Part shown: positions 25,831 to 41,017 of the stretch, in pieces | How positions within the stretch are numbered: the stretch's first letter is position 1 | Layout: each line of letters opens with the position of its first letter | Assembly (NCBI GenBank): GCA_951406725.2 | Contig: OX597828.1 | Location: forward strand, 41,974,001-42,038,000 | From: Octopus vulgaris | Taxonomy: Eukaryota | Direction of reading: 5' to 3' | Length of the DNA stretch: 64,000 bases | Made by a program: the position numbers and the translations under genes | Notes under the pieces: model-generated | What the model was told of the DNA's origin: nothing | Databases searched by the model: none | The model's input: only the letters and a program-made list of their open reading frames with translations

Positions 25831-27262
25831 CAAAATGCTTAGCGGTATTTCGTCCCTCTTTACGTTCTGAGTTTAAAATCCGCTGGGTTTGACTTCCTTT
25901 CATCCTTTCGGGGTTGATGAAATAAGTACCAGTTGAGCACTGGGGTCGATTTTAAATCGACCTGTCGCCTCCCCAAAACTTGCTGGTCTTGTACCAAAAT
26001 TTCGAAATAAATATTATCGAGAGATTTGACTGTCATGTCCCTTTAGCCCTTGGTTGTTTTCCGTGGGGTCGGCTGTTTTGCAAGTATTCGGAGTAGGTCT
26101 CCAAACTGGGTTTAACTTACTCCGTTCGTACTACTCGTCTTAGAAACCGTGTAAAATAATCATGGCCGCTTCCTCTTACCGCTTTTCTTACGAAAGCATT
26201 AAAACTCTATAAATTTTGTCATTCACTACATTTGATAAATAAATAAAACTATTAAATATATACATTTGGAAACAAAAATTGATGCTAAAAAGATTTTTAA
26301 TGTTAGAATTTTTGCTGAAATATGCAAAAGAAAATGTGAAATACTTTCATATGATAAGTATAAAACAAAAATTGTGTTAAAGGTATAAAAAGACATACGC
26401 ATCACATTGGTTTGGTACGTGTTTTAATTAGAGGAAAAGAGTAAAAAAAGAGAAAGTATAGACATGAAATGATGTCAGTATTGAAAATAAAAATAAAAAA
26501 CAAAAACAAAAACACAACGATATCGTAATGTATGAAAAACAGTTTAGACTTGTAATTAGTGAAATAAATAAAATGATACCATTTAAATGAACTACGAAAG
26601 TAATGATACAACAAAACGACATTCTTAGGATATCATCAATAAGTTAAGTTCTTAAATGGAAAATATATGCGAAGTGTATTTAATACAAGTACAGTTAAAA
26701 TATGAAGTTGTTAGCCGTGTTTTTCTTTTCTTTTTTTTCAAACAGTCGCCATTTAGAATATTTTCAAGGCTTCCCATCGCTTCTCTGTATTCTAGTAGGT
26801 GGATTGGATTTCCTCTCTCTCTTTCTTTCTTTCTTTCTTCCATTTTTTCTTTCTTCCATTTTTTCTTTCTTTCTTTCTTTTTTTCTTTTTTTCTTTCTTT
26901 CTTTCTTTCTTTTCTTTCTTTTTTTCTGATTGTTGTAGGAATAATTTTATTTCCCAAATACCCAGTTAAAATCAATGTCATAAGAATGAAAACTTTTTAA
27001 TAGAATTACCAGAGTCTAAACACGGCAAAACCATGTATTGTATACTTATTGGCAATAGTCTCACAAAGAAAAGACGCCTGTGTACAGTACAAAAGGAATA
27101 TCTGTAGATGGTACCAAAAGGAACTATACAGTGTTCACAGTAAACACATTCAAAGCCAGAGAAGCACAGCACATTCATTCATTTAGATACAGAAACGGAT
27201 TTAACATAACTTTCTTGTCTCAATATGTTAAGAAAGTAAAAGATGGTGGAATTAACAGCATA

Positions 27263-27496
27263 CCTATTTCTTTATTACCCACAAGGGGCTAAACACAGAG
27301 AGGACAAACAAGGACAGACATAGGTATTAAGTCGATTACATCGACCCCAGTGCGTAACTGGTACTTAATTTATCGACCCCGAAAGGATGAAAGGCAAAGT
27401 CGACCTCGGCGGAATTTGAACTCACAACGTAATGCAGACGAAATACCGCTAAGCATTTCGCCCGGCGTGCTAACGTTTCTGCCAGCTCACCGCCTT
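27263..27496 (-). mobile_element. SINE family B, full-length, with 15-bp target-site duplication
   Basis: TSD aattaacagcatacc at 27250-27264 and 27498-27512. Head ggcggtgagctggcagaa and B-box-like gagttcaaattcc. Confidence 0.92.
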
Positions 27497-28149
27497 TAAT
27501 TAACAGCATACCGTTAAACTGAATATTTGTTGAAACACCAAGCACATTTTTCATTGGATTAAGAAGGTGCAACTTATGCCTGACCGAGAAACGTAACATC
27601 TTGAGTTAACATCAAGATATTAAATAAAAAAAAGCGAAACTCTTCTTATGTGTAGGTATGTAAACAAATACGAAATTAAATTATTTTAAATACAGAAAGG
27701 GTAACAACACTGGTCGTCACCCTCTTAGCACCACTTTCTAAACTTGACCATTACAAGCACTCGCAAAGTAGTAACTTTTCTCACTTAGCACAAGTGATGA
27801 CACTTTTATCAATAGAACACGAGAACGATGTTGCTGGCGATTCCAGCTGGCCAGAGATTCCAGCCGACCGTATAATTCGACGTTTCTTTTGTAGTGTGAT
27901 GCTGAATGAACTACTAAAGTTCATACACTTATCTGTTTTTGTCGCCTGAAAGACAATAAAGCAAAAAAAGCAAACCTATGGATGGCTTAGGAGTGAATCG
28001 TCTCTTCGAAACAATATTTGTTTGCATGAATGTAAACCTTCCCTCGTTTGCTATTCCTTCGGACATAAAGTGAATTTCACTTGTACTTGTATGTATGTAT
28101 GTATGTATGTATGTATGTATGTATGTATGTATGTATGTATGTATGTATG

Positions 28150-28272
<123 letters not shown>

Positions 28273-29006
28273 ATATATATATATAAACATATATATACAC
28301 ACACACACACACACATATCTAATTCGTTGAACACGACCGCTGACAGGACGAACTATAGCTAAATAATACGTCTTTATTGTGTGAACATCAACACACATAG
28401 AAATACGCACACAATCTCATGGAAGACCGTATACACAACACGCACACACACACATATACACACACGGTAATTAGGTACACATACAGTTCGTAATTTAGTG
28501 CATCGTAATTCGTTTAATCGAGACGTTTATTTACTCTGTATCCTCTACAACTAATAAATAATTAGTTGGGACTAAAACCTGCCTGTGTGAAACACACAGA
28601 CGAGACACATGAGATGGACAGAACGAGAGCATTTATGCCTAACTGAACTCCCCCCCCCCAAAAAAAAAAAACCCTCCCCAGAAACTCTTTGTTTCCAAAG
28701 TAATGAAAATATCTCCAGAAGCGTTCTACTTTGAGAGATATTAATTTTGAAAGACGACCGTTTGATGGAACCGCTAGACATTTCGGAGAATACATCGCGA
28801 CACAACAAACCCGACTGTCTGGTTTTGTTGCGTCCAAATCCAGCGGAGTTCAACTTTACCTTTCCATTTTTCGATGTCAATAAGCACCGATCTATCTAGA
28901 GCTGTAAATTCGTAGAATTGGTAGGGTGTTAACGAGTTAGTACCAAGGCTGTGTTCTGACAGCAACGCCTATGACGGTACAGATCCCAAGCTGTGTTGGT
29001 CCCAGT

Positions 29007-29359
29007 CAGCGGTTTCCTCTTAGGATTCTCCAGCATTTTTTTATTACCTATAGACCCCTTTGATTACTATTTTATTGTGGTGGACCCCCATAGCCATTCG
29101 ATGTATAAAAACTAATTTTATAGATATTTCTTTCAAAATCTCCATTTTACTTTTCACTCGTTGAACTATGTAAAATGTTAGAAAAAGAAACCAAGTTGTT
29201 TCTTGCAATATACACCAATACATACACCGCAAGCAAAAGTCTTTTTGAGGCCCTTGAAATATTATTGTGGACCCTCAATTTACTATTTTTCTTGCGTGAA
29301 TCCCCAAAATCTTAAATGGACCCCCAGGAACCCATATGGACCGTGGTTGAAAACCACTG
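29007..29359. mobile_element. Degenerate hAT-like MITE
   Basis: Ends cagcggttt... / ...ggttgaaaaccactg, with internal ggacccc repeats. No TSD seen. Confidence 0.45.
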
Positions 29360-30355
29360 TAAACATTGGTGGCGTGGATAAGAGAGGAGAGACGTGCATG
29401 CAGACATAACTGCTAAACTACAGAGAATCTTGCTCAAGCCTGTGCGTACATGTGCAGATGCATATTCAACATTAATAGCCAGAGGCCCTAATGATTCAGG
29501 AGACTTGAAATACGAGCGGTAAATATGGGGCTTAGATACACATGAACTTCTTAAGATATATCTTAATTCGTTTTGTCGAAGTATTTACTGATTAGAGTGC
29601 TCCACAGTTACAGCTGGTGCTATGCCTAATGCCTAGTGACGAGGGTGTTGCACTCATGATCACCTCATAGCGCGTTGTATTCTTGAGGAAAACATTTCAT
29701 TTCGCGTTACTCTGCGATCACTTTGACCCCACACACGTGGAACACCGTTTACCTGTACGGGCATTGTCGAATTCATGGCGGGAGTCCTCTAACATATAGC
29801 ACAAACATTTGATCACAATAAACAAATCATCTGTACAGGCTGTCCTGCCCGAAATTGTGGAATTGTCTTTATCGGACTCGAATGACTATCATAACGAAGA
29901 AGATAAATAAACGAAAATAACGAATCATGAATTTATCTATTTAGAGAACATATGCATATATATAAAGCTTACGACTATTTTCCGGGACATCTTGATGTTT
30001 CTGTATTCTATATGCTTCTTCAGTCACCTCTCAAAGATTTGCATGAAAGGTGAGGAGAAAGCTTTGCTTGAAGATTAATTGCTGCGTATAAAGAACACAA
30101 GAGAAAATATTGAATGATATTGACGATCGAAATTGACAACCAGATCACAAAGTTGACAATCTTGAAATAGAAATATTCTTCTGCTGGACAATGGCTGATA
30201 CTACAGCACTTTTGTTAATAGTTTAACAACATCAGAATTGTGTACAGTAAAAGCAACATTCGGAAATTGTTAAAAGCTGGAAAAAAAAAAGAGAGAAAAG
30301 AAAATTGATTCGGCCATTGTGCATAATGGCGGTTACCATACACGCGTAGGCATTA

Positions 30356-30435
<80 letters not shown>

Positions 30436-30869
30436 GTATGTATGTATATATATGTATATAGCCATACATATATGCATATATATGTATATATATGCGTATA
30501 TACACACACACACACTAATTTATAGATATACGTTATATGGTTATATATATGTGAGTGTGTGTGTGTGTGTGTGCATATGTACATACATATCTATAAATGT
30601 GTGTGTGCACATCTGTCTATATAAATGCGTGTGTGTGTGATTGAGTGTGTGTGTGTGTAATTACATATATGCATCTGTTTATGTATGTATTATGTTAGAG
30701 TGCCTGTGTATGCGCGCGTTCAATAGCTATAACCGAGTAGACGAGATCGATAGACCAATTGGCTTCTAATCAAAGATAATCTCTCTTATATAAATGCCGT
30801 ACTTTGCCCTCACCACCTCACCTCAACCCCACAGCAGCAATTAAATTGCTGACAAATCAATTTTTCCAA

Positions 30870-31340
<471 letters not shown>

Positions 31341-31792
31341 AGCGGCAATAGTTTAGTATACACTACACAATATTCTTGCTGTTGTTGCTATGGTAGTGGG
31401 TGGGGGTGGAGGATAGCAGCGGAGAAGGGGGAGGGTAGCAATGTGAGACGTGACGGTAGTGGTGGTAGTCGTAGTTGTATTGGTATTCGTGAAGTTACTG
31501 GTAGTATTAGCGGTGGTGGTGATGGTGGTGGTGGTGGTGATAGTGGTGGTGGCAATGGTGTTTGTTTTGGTGGCGTTGTTGGCGGTGCTGGTGATGCTTG
31601 ACATGGCGGAGGTTATCAGAAATGGTCGTGGTGGTGGTGGTGGTAGAGGAGGTGGTGTTGGCGTGGTGGAGGTTATCGAAGAAGGTGTCAAAGATAAGAA
31701 CGAGTACACACCGTGCCATGTCACCTCAGACTGGATATTTGGAAGAAAAAAAATCAATCGATCTCAATTGGCTTATTTTTCCATATCGTAGT

Positions 31793-31828
<36 letters not shown>

Positions 31829-32065
31829 ACAGATACATGCGCATATGCTTACACTTACATACACACACACATAAGCACTACCTCTCCACAATGTCATACA
31901 ATAGACACGCACACTCTAACATAACTACCACGCCACGGACATACACACATACATGCATACATACACGCACGGACTCACACACATACAACGGCACTCAAAA
32001 CACATCACCATCATCATCATTATACTGACTGACTCCACAAGACCATAAAGCACATACTACGATAA

Positions 32066-32284
32066 ACGAGGGGTCGCTGAAAAGTTCCTTACTTAAGGGT
32101 GTCGTGAAAGGCCTGGTTGGAGGCCTAACCTTCCGAGTTTTTTCACAGGGCTTAGAAAATTGAAGGACCGCTGCAATAAGTGTGTGAACCTGAGAGGGGA
32201 ATACATTGAATAAAATCATAATTAACTGATCCTACAGTTTTTTTCTTTCACCCAAAGCCAGGAATTTTTCAGCACTCACTCGTA
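32066..32284 (+). mobile_element. Mariner-derived MITE
   Basis: TIRs acgaggggtcgctgaaaagttcct / aggaatttttcagcactcactcgt. It retains the transposase tail GLRKLKDRCNKCVNLRGEYIE*. Confidence 0.8.
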
Positions 32285-32330
32285 CAATGCACGACACGCA
32301 GGCACGCAGGCACACACACAGACACACACA

Positions 32331-32391
<61 letters not shown>

Positions 32392-32562
32392 CACCACACA
32401 CACACACACACAAGCATACGCACACATATACTGGCACACACACACACACAAACACACGCACTCACAAACACCACGCACACACACACACACACACCCAAGC
32501 ATACGCACACATATACTGGTACACACACACACACACACCCAAGCATACGCACACATATACTG

Positions 32563-32604
<42 letters not shown>

Positions 32605-32739
32605 ACATAGACAAATACACACACACACACACACACACACATGAAAATACACACAGACACACACACGCACACACTCAAACTCACTCTCATACACACGCAC
32701 CGTTACATTCGTTTAACAGCAAAACAGTCACACACTTAA

Positions 32740-33045
32740 AAGTGGCACTTCGTCGGTTACGGCGACGAGGTTTCCTGTTTATTCGATCAACAGAACAGCT
32801 TGCTCTGGAAATTAATATGCAAGTGGCCGAGCACTCCATAGACTCGCGTAACCGTAACATAGTTTTCAGGGAGATTCAGCCTGATACAGAATGGAATACA
32901 ATTAATATCCATTTTTGCCATCTGAGTGGACTGGAGCAACATGAAATAAAGTGTCTTGCTCAAGGATAGAACGCACCGCCGTCATGAATCCAGCCATACA
33001 ATCGTGAACCAAACACGGTAACCACTAAGCCACGTGCCTTCGCAG
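32740..33045 (-). mobile_element. SINE family C copy
   Basis: Homologous to 38222-38525 (tccttgagcaagacactttatttca). Confidence 0.7.
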
Positions 33046-33514
33046 TCAAGCACTACTCAAAGCAAGAAAACACCAACGCTCCACTCATCTGCTCAGCTAG
33101 AGCCCTCAGGAGCACACTATCACCGATGATCTCTCGCCTGACACAAAGTGCATCCTTATCATAGGGAGGACCGCATCCTAAAGACTAGTCTTTATCTCTG
33201 TGATTTTAGTCTCCAAATTTGCTGACATGTTATCAGGATCAAATGAAATTTACAATGATCCCTGGTGCGGGCGCACCAGGGACCAAGATGCCACTTCGCG
33301 CAATGACATCCTGGACCTTAACCACAGAATGGCCATTCGACTGATTTCCGTCGTATCACTTACGGAAATGTTCCAGCTCCTGGTCCACCGGCAATCTAAG
33401 ACTATGAAATAGACAAAGGTGGATAGTCTGTTTATTGATTTCGTCTTTGATCCTCGTCCGTCAAACGGTCTCGTCTTGAATTTCAATTTATCCATTTTCG
33501 TCTCTCTTTACTCT

Positions 33515-33718
33515 TTACTCTTTTACCTGTTTCAGTCATTTGACTGCGGCCATGCTGGAGCACCGCCTTTAGTCGAGCAAATCGACCCCGGGACTTATTC
33601 TTTGTAAGCCCAGTACTTATTCTATCAGTCTCTTTTGCCGAACCGCTAGGTGACGGGGACATAAACACACCAGCATCCGTTGTCAAGGAATGCTAGGGGG
33701 ACAAACACAGACACACAA

Positions 33719-33749
<31 letters not shown>

Positions 33750-33912
33750 CATATATACAACAGGCTTCTTTCAGTTTCCGTCTACCAAATCCACTCACAA
33801 GGCATTGGTCGGCCCGGGGCTATAGCAGAAGACACTTGCCCAAGATGCCACGCAGTAGGACTGAACCCGGAACCATGTGGTTGGTTAGCAAGCTACTTAC
33901 CACACAGCCACT
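33515..33912 (-). mobile_element. SINE family A copy
   Basis: Matches the family A consensus. Confidence 0.88.
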
Positions 33913-34140
33913 GTGTGTCCACTTCTTTATAGCTTGTGTATCTATTCATTGTTTGTCCGTTCTCGTTCTCTTATGTTTCGGTCCCATTTTCCCGGTAGCT
34001 CTTGCTGGTCGTCACCAAAAAGGAAATGATATTAATGTTAAAGGCGCGAAATTGCGCTTGACCCTCTGGCCGATAACTGACGAGTATTTGTGCCTGTTTT
34101 CCGTTCCTTTGTGCATTTACTATACGTTTTTTTAAAAAAT
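33912..34140 (+). mobile_element. Unclassified repeat family E
   Basis: gcgcgaaattgcgcttgaccctctggc...actgacgag. Other copies lie at 55240-55481 (-) and 56515-56660 (-). Confidence 0.65.
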
Positions 34141-34173
34141 CTTATAACACACACACACACACACACAAACACA

Positions 34174-34211
<38 letters not shown>

Positions 34212-34261
34212 CACATACACACACATACACACACACACGCACACAAATGCACACATATGTA

Positions 34262-35489
34262 CAGGATGCGTAGGGTATTTGAGGACATCTTTTTGGGGTC
34301 ATTGCTTCATTTTTTGCTAACTCTGTATAATCTTTATTTTGGAAAATAATATTGGCAGGCCCACAGCTTACTCAAGTAACGAAGCGAAATGCTGTTATTG
34401 TGGTTATAAAGGTTGAGCATAGCGATTTAGAAATATCTCGATTTTTAAAAGTTGCCAGATATTTTGTCAATAAAGTTTGTAAGGAGCTAGAAACTGAAGA
34501 TGGAAACGTATCATCAGGATCAAAGCATAATAAGCATTCTAAACGCTCTGAAATCATCAGAACACCTGAATTTATCCAGGAGGTTCAACAGACCATTGAT
34601 TACAATCCGAGAATTTCCATGAGATCAATTGCAAAATATATCCTTGTGTCAGAAGGAACAGTCAGAAATGTTGTCCACGAAGGGATCAGATACAAGTCTT
34701 GAGGAAAGGTCAATTTGTCAGAAAAAGCAAAAGAAAATCACTACTTCAGATCTAAAAGGCTCTTAAGCAAACTGAAAAATCCAGCAGAAGATTTGATTTG
34801 CTTTTTCTCCAACGAGAAAAACTTCGATCAAGATCAAAAAGTTAACAGAAGAACTTATGGATGGTTATGTGCAGACCCTTCTGAAGCTTCGAGTGTTATG
34901 CAAGCAAAATTTCCTGCAACTGTCATGGTTTTAAGAGTTTCAGCAATGAAGGACATGTGATGCCTCCTTACTTCTTTCCACAAGTCCTTAAAGTTAACTC
35001 TGCCGGCTACATTGAGGTCCTAAGCTCTGGGTAGACGGTGTATGTAATGGAAGGCCATATGTGTTTCAGTAAGACTCTGCACTATCACATATGGCTCTAG
35101 TAACATAGGAATGGTTGGCTGAAAATGTTCATGATCTCATAACCCCAAACATTTGGCCTCCTAATTCCTCAGATCTTAATCCATTAGACTATTACTTGTG
35201 GAGTGTTGTTGAGAGAGGTCAATGCACACTCCCATATCACCAAAGATTCTATGAAAGCTGCCATAGTCAGAGTAATGTCGAAAATGAAGCAGGGCCACTT
35301 GATTCGAGCATGTAGATGATTAAGATCTCGTAAAGAACCACTTGCTGAAGCTGAAGGTGGCTTTATTGAAGAACATTTTAGAAAAGAAGGTTTATTTTAA
35401 TCCTCAGAGCAGATTTTGATAAAGTTATTATCTGTTTTGCATATGTCTTTTTATAAACATAAATCTGTCCTCAAATAACTTACGCATCC

Positions 35490-35491
<2 letters not shown>
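34262..35491 (+). mobile_element. Tc1/mariner DD37D (maT-like) DNA transposon, near full-length, with dead transposase
   Basis: ~26-bp TIRs caggatgcgtagggtatttgaggaca / tgtcctcaaataacttacgcatcct and TA flanks. Motifs FFSNEKNF, FQ*DSALSH and WPPNSSDLNPLDY give 37 residues between the second and third D. Stops and frameshifts are present. Confidence 0.9.
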
Positions 35492-35540
<49 letters not shown>

Positions 35541-35657
35541 TCTCATTATTCAATCGGAATTTGGTAAATTGTGCCTTTCGAATAACGTGTAGAATGAAAT
35601 AAAACGATTTCTGTTTAATCTTCGTTCAACTCCATTTCTTAAATTCACTAATAATAT

Positions 35658-35701
<44 letters not shown>

Positions 35702-35885
35702 TCGTAGCTTAGTTTTTCCTTGGGGCTGGCCGGATCGGAGCGATCTCAAGATTAATCAGCCGAAATTGCTTGGATGATCCGGTTCTTGACTGAAGATTGA
35801 AGGCTTCGAATGTTCCGTCCGTGTTTTTTGTATCGTCTTCTAAATGTTTTACGTTCTTGTCCCAGTTTGTATTTTTCTACATATA

Positions 35886-35991
<106 letters not shown>

Positions 35992-36292
35992 AGAGAGTAA
36001 CAGAGTGGTGGAGCGGACCAAGAAATTGAGAAGAGTAAAGACAGTTAGTGTAATGTCAAATGTACTTATTTGCCCTTTGACCTGGCAAGCGTTTTTGAGG
36101 TCATCACAAAAATAAACACATCTCAACGTTGACGGTTCAAACAACAGCTGAAATGAATTAATGGTTCATGGTTGGATGAAGGCATAGGGTGATGGTGGCG
36201 ATGGTCGTGATGGTGGGTGGTGGTGGTGATGGTGGTGATGGTAGTAGTTGTAGAAGTGGTGGTGTAGCATTAGTTGAAATAGAGCAGTGTGG

Positions 36293-36343
<51 letters not shown>

Positions 36344-37159
36344 ATAGGAGGTGGAGGAGTAGTAATAGTAGTTGTAGTAGTAGTGGTGATGGTCATGGCT
36401 AGATAGAAGTGGGGACTGAGGTGATATTAGGTGGTAGTAAAGCTCTGTCGACGATAGAAGTGTTCTGTGGCTTGTGGTAATGGTGGTGGTACGGAGAGTA
36501 TACTAGAACGAGTTTATGTGCTGTAATGGTGGTGGTGGTGGTGGTGGTGGTAGCGGTGGTGATGGTGCGGTAGTGTTGGCGGTGGTAGTAATGGTGGTGG
36601 TGGTGGAGATGATGAACGTGGTGGCTGTAGTGATGTTGGTGGTGGTCGTGGTGGAAATAGTTTTGGTGGTGGTGGTAGTAGTGGTGGCGATGGTGGCGGT
36701 CGTGATGTTGCTGGTAGTATAGCGATGGCGGCGGAGGTGGAGGTGGCGGTGGTAGTGTGGGGAGGAAGCAGTGCGTTGTCACTTGTTTTATGGCTGCTTT
36801 TTGCGATTATAGTATCGGTTGTAGTAGAGATGGTGATGGTGATGGTGATTCTCGTAATTAAGGAATGAGGGAGATGTGGAATGTAACTCCAGTTTAACCC
36901 TAGGTCGACATTCATTCAATAGAACTATGTATGCCAGTTTATTCCAGCCGTTACTCTCCCGTTTGTAATTTTTTTTAAAAGTGTACAATATTCAAGTCTC
37001 TTCATATTAATCGCAGGCATGGTCGTGTGGTTAAGAAGCTTGCTTTTGAAATGATGAGGTTTCGGGTTAAACTTGAGACAGATCCTTTCGACTATAGACC
37101 TCGGTCAACCGAGTGAATTTGGTAGACGGAAATGGTGCGGAAGTCAGTCATAATACCTT

Positions 37160-37410
37160 GTACTTAGCCTATCGGTTCTTTTACTGGACCGCTAAATGAA
37201 TTACAGGGACACAAACAAACCAGCACCGGTTGTCAATCGGTGGTGTGCGGCAAAGACACACATACACACACACACACATATATGTACACACATATATATA
37301 TATATAAATATATATTATATTGAGGGTACTACTATTCGTAGATACCAACACGCTAAGAGGGACCAATGCGGTCAAAACTACTAAAAATAAACAAAATTTT
37401 ACCGAATGCA

Positions 37411-37493
<83 letters not shown>

Positions 37494-37690
37494 GTGTATA
37501 TATGTATTTATGTATGTATATATATATGACGGGCTTTCTCCAGTTTCCGTCTATCAAATCCACTCACAAGGCATTGGTTGGCCCTGATCTGTAGTAGAAA
37601 ACACTTACTCAAGGTGCCGCATTGTGAGATTGAACCTGAGACCGCATAGCTGGGAAGTAAACTCCTTAGCCACACATTCACACCTGAACC
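37160..37690 (-). mobile_element. Old SINE family A copy with an insert in its TA tract
   Basis: Diverged match to family A. A plus-strand head fragment lies at 37010-37150. Confidence 0.65.
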
Positions 37691-38221
37691 TCCTTCGCAT
37701 GTCAAAGTGTTGTTTCATTTAGAGTACTTTTAGTTTTAAAAGTGCTCTATGGGCGTGGCCTGCGCGCAGTACGTAATGAGAGAAATTGAGCCGTTTTGTG
37801 ATCGTTGTAGCCTAATGTGAAGAGATCTGGGCGGGAAGTTCCACAATAGGAGCGACATAATCCTTGATAGATCTAATATATCTATTGTACACAACTGCTT
37901 TGTATTAACCAAATGGTCAACTGAAATAAAATCACAAATTCAAGTGGATAAAGGTCACAATTTTGGTTAGGCAAACGTCGGAATTTAACAGGTAAAATCA
38001 AAATTGTGTCAGGGAAACTCACAATTTTGTCAAGAAAACATTTATAGTTAGACCCGAGAAAGTAATGCCTTGGGTAAGAAAACTTATAATTTTGGCAGGA
38101 AAAATATCACAATTTTGGTTAGGGGAAAGTCACAATTTTGATAAAGAAAATCGCTACAATTTTGACCACGAAAAAATATCACGCGGAAAAAAAAAATCGG
38201 AAAGAAATATGAAGAGAAGAT

Positions 38222-38525
38222 GCATCGCTTAGGAATTAGAATATTCGGTTCACGATCGCAGGATCGTGAGTTCGATTCCCGGCAGCATACTGTGTCCCTG
38301 AGCAAGACACTTTATTTCACGTTGCACCAGTTCACTCAGCTGACAAAAATAAGTTGTACTTGTATTCAAAGGGCCAGACTTGTCAGATTCTATGTCATGC
38401 TGAATCTCCCTGAGAACTACGTTAAGGATACGCGTGTCTGTGGAGTGCTCAACCACTTGCACTTTAGTTTCACGAGCAGGCTGTTCAGTTGATCGGATCA
38501 ACTGGAACCCTCGTCGTCGTACTTC
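38222..38525 (+). mobile_element. SINE family C (tRNA head, V-domain-like centre)
   Basis: B box gagttcgattccc and central tgtgtccctgagcaagacactt. Confidence 0.72.
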
Positions 38526-38618
38526 GACGTAAGGTTTTGCTTCTAGGGATCCAGCTTAATTTAACTTTAGACCGAAACAAATCAAATGAGGAAAGGAGCC
38601 CCATAACCTTCAAATGGT

Positions 38619-38691
<73 letters not shown>

Positions 38692-39237
38692 GTGTATGTA
38701 TGTATGTATGTATGTATGTATGTATGTATGTATATATATATATGCAGGGGGTGTATAATTGTGTATGTATGTAACATAACTGTGTGTATATATATCTTTA
38801 TATATAATTGTGTCTCTGTATGTATATATATGTATATGTGTATGTGTGTATATGTAAATATGTATGCATATATGTGTGCGTTTGTGTATGTATGTATGTA
38901 TATATACATATACAGATTCATATATATAAATATGTATATATATATGTGTGTATATATGTATGTATATATGCACGCACACACACATATACACCCCCACATA
39001 CACACATAGTGACTGCCATCTCTACAGTTGATTGCCGTCTATGAACTTCCTCGTTGTCAATAGCATTCTTGACATTCCATCTCTGACCTCTCAGATGATT
39101 ATTCAGTCCTGCTGCAGATATGCAGTCAAAAGCATTCCATTTATGACCATCCTGTGATTTTACTAAATAGTTTGAAGCTTAGGTGACATACATACGAAAC
39201 AGTTATACGTTTTGTGTAATGCATTGGTATATACAAG

Positions 39238-39558
39238 CAGTGGCGGACTGGGACTAAAAATTTTGGTTGCTATATGAGACTAAGTGTGCCCACCCGCGAC
39301 TATAAGGGGGCCCACCCGCAACTACATGCTATCACAACTTTTTGTGTTTTTTTTTTGTTAAAAGTATTCTTTTCCACTGTCTACAAACATGGCCAGGTTG
39401 AAATAATTGATGCATTCTTCCAGGAGTGAATTAAAAAGTTCTCAAACTTGAGGGGATGGGCTCCTTAGATACTAACATGGGCCCCCCTATATAGATTCTC
39501 ATAGCGCAGGGGCCCATTTGCCATCGGGCAAGCTGGCAATCTGTCCAGTCCGCCACAG
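39238..39558. mobile_element. hAT-type MITE with 8-bp TSD
   Basis: TIRs cagtggcggactgg / ccagtccgccacag. TSD tatacaag at 39230-39237 and 39559-39566. Confidence 0.88.
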
Positions 39559-39679
39559 TATACAAGGTATCCATAAAATCATGGGGCAATTTAAAATACA
39601 GGTAGCTTCGTAACTCTGCATGATTGAGTTTATCTGTAAAAAGGATAAGTGAGCTTGATGTGTCTTGTTTTTTTTTGTT

Positions 39680-39824
39680 CCGATAGAATAAGTAGAGACC
39701 GATAGAATAAGTACTAGGCTTACAAGGAATAAATCCTGGGTTCGATTTGCACGATTAAAGGCAGTGCTCCAGCATGGCCGCAGTCAAAATTACTGAAACA
39801 ATAAAAGAATAAAAGAATATATAC

Positions 39825-39857
<33 letters not shown>

Positions 39858-39922
39858 CAAATATATGCATATGTATATAATATATAAATATATGCATATA
39901 TACATACATATGTGTACATACC

Positions 39923-39984
<62 letters not shown>

Positions 39985-40205
39985 TATATACATATATATA
40001 CATACATATATGTGTGTGTGTGTATATATATACTCTTTTAGTTGTTTCAGTCATGTGACTGTGGCCATGCTAGAGCACCGCCTTATTCTTTGTAAGCCTA
40101 GCACTTATTCTATCGGTTTCTTTTGCCGAACCGCTAAGCTACGGGGACCTAAACACACCGGCATCAGTTGTCAAGCGATGTTGGGGGGACAAACATATAC
40201 ACACA

Positions 40206-40254
<49 letters not shown>

Positions 40255-40407
40255 CTATATGACAGGCTCCTTTCAGTTTCCGTCTACCAAATCCACTCAC
40301 AAGGCTATAGTAGAAGACATTTGCCCAAGGTGCCATGCAGTGGGACTGAACCCGGAACCATTTGGTTGGTAAGCAAGCTACTTACCACACAGCCACTCCT
40401 GCACCTA
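39680..40407. mobile_element. Two SINE family A copies tail-to-tail (39680-39815 +, 40030-40407 -)
   Basis: Both match the family A consensus. Confidence 0.8.
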
Positions 40408-40418
40408 TATATATGCGT

Positions 40419-40481
<63 letters not shown>

Positions 40482-40560
40482 TGTGTGTGCTATTGTGTAT
40501 ACATGTAGGAATAAATAGTAAATTAGGGTGGTGTCCAAAGGCAGTGTAGTGATATGTGTA

Positions 40561-40761
40561 TATGAGGGTGTGTTGAAAGTTCCTTGCTTTGGGTAAAAGA
40601 AAATACAGGAGGACAGTTAATTATGATTTTATTCAACATATTCCCCTCTCAGATTCACACACTTATTGCAATGGTTCTTCAGTTTTTGTGAGCCCTGTAA
40701 AAGAACTCAGAAGGTTAGGCCCCCAACCAGGCCTTTCTTAACTGTTCGGCACCCTTTCATA
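40561..40761 (-). mobile_element. Mariner-derived MITE, second copy
   Basis: Reverse-complement homolog of 32066-32284. Confidence 0.78.
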
Positions 40762-40971
40762 TATGTGTATATATATATGTTATTTCTAGCAAGTCTTGTA
40801 GCCAGCCTCTTAAAGGCTCCCTCATTAACTCGTTGAAGTATGTTTATGATATCAAGTGTCGTGATTGGTCGGTTGGCTGTATTTGATGTTCTCTGATGTT
40901 ACAGCAGAAAAGAGAAAGCGAGGAGGAAGGGGGCGAGAGCGAAAGAGTGAGGTAGAGAGAGAGAGAGAGAG

Positions 40972-41017
<46 letters not shown>

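Noticed and set aside
30750-30800. CCAAT plus TATATAAA promoter-like pair (similar one at 62775-62795)
   Set aside because: Such motifs are expected by chance in AT-rich DNA, and no downstream gene is visible.
33080-33480. Possible decayed LINE APE-endonuclease fragment
   Set aside because: Only a vague resemblance (ILDL..IRLISV), with no catalytic motifs recognisable.
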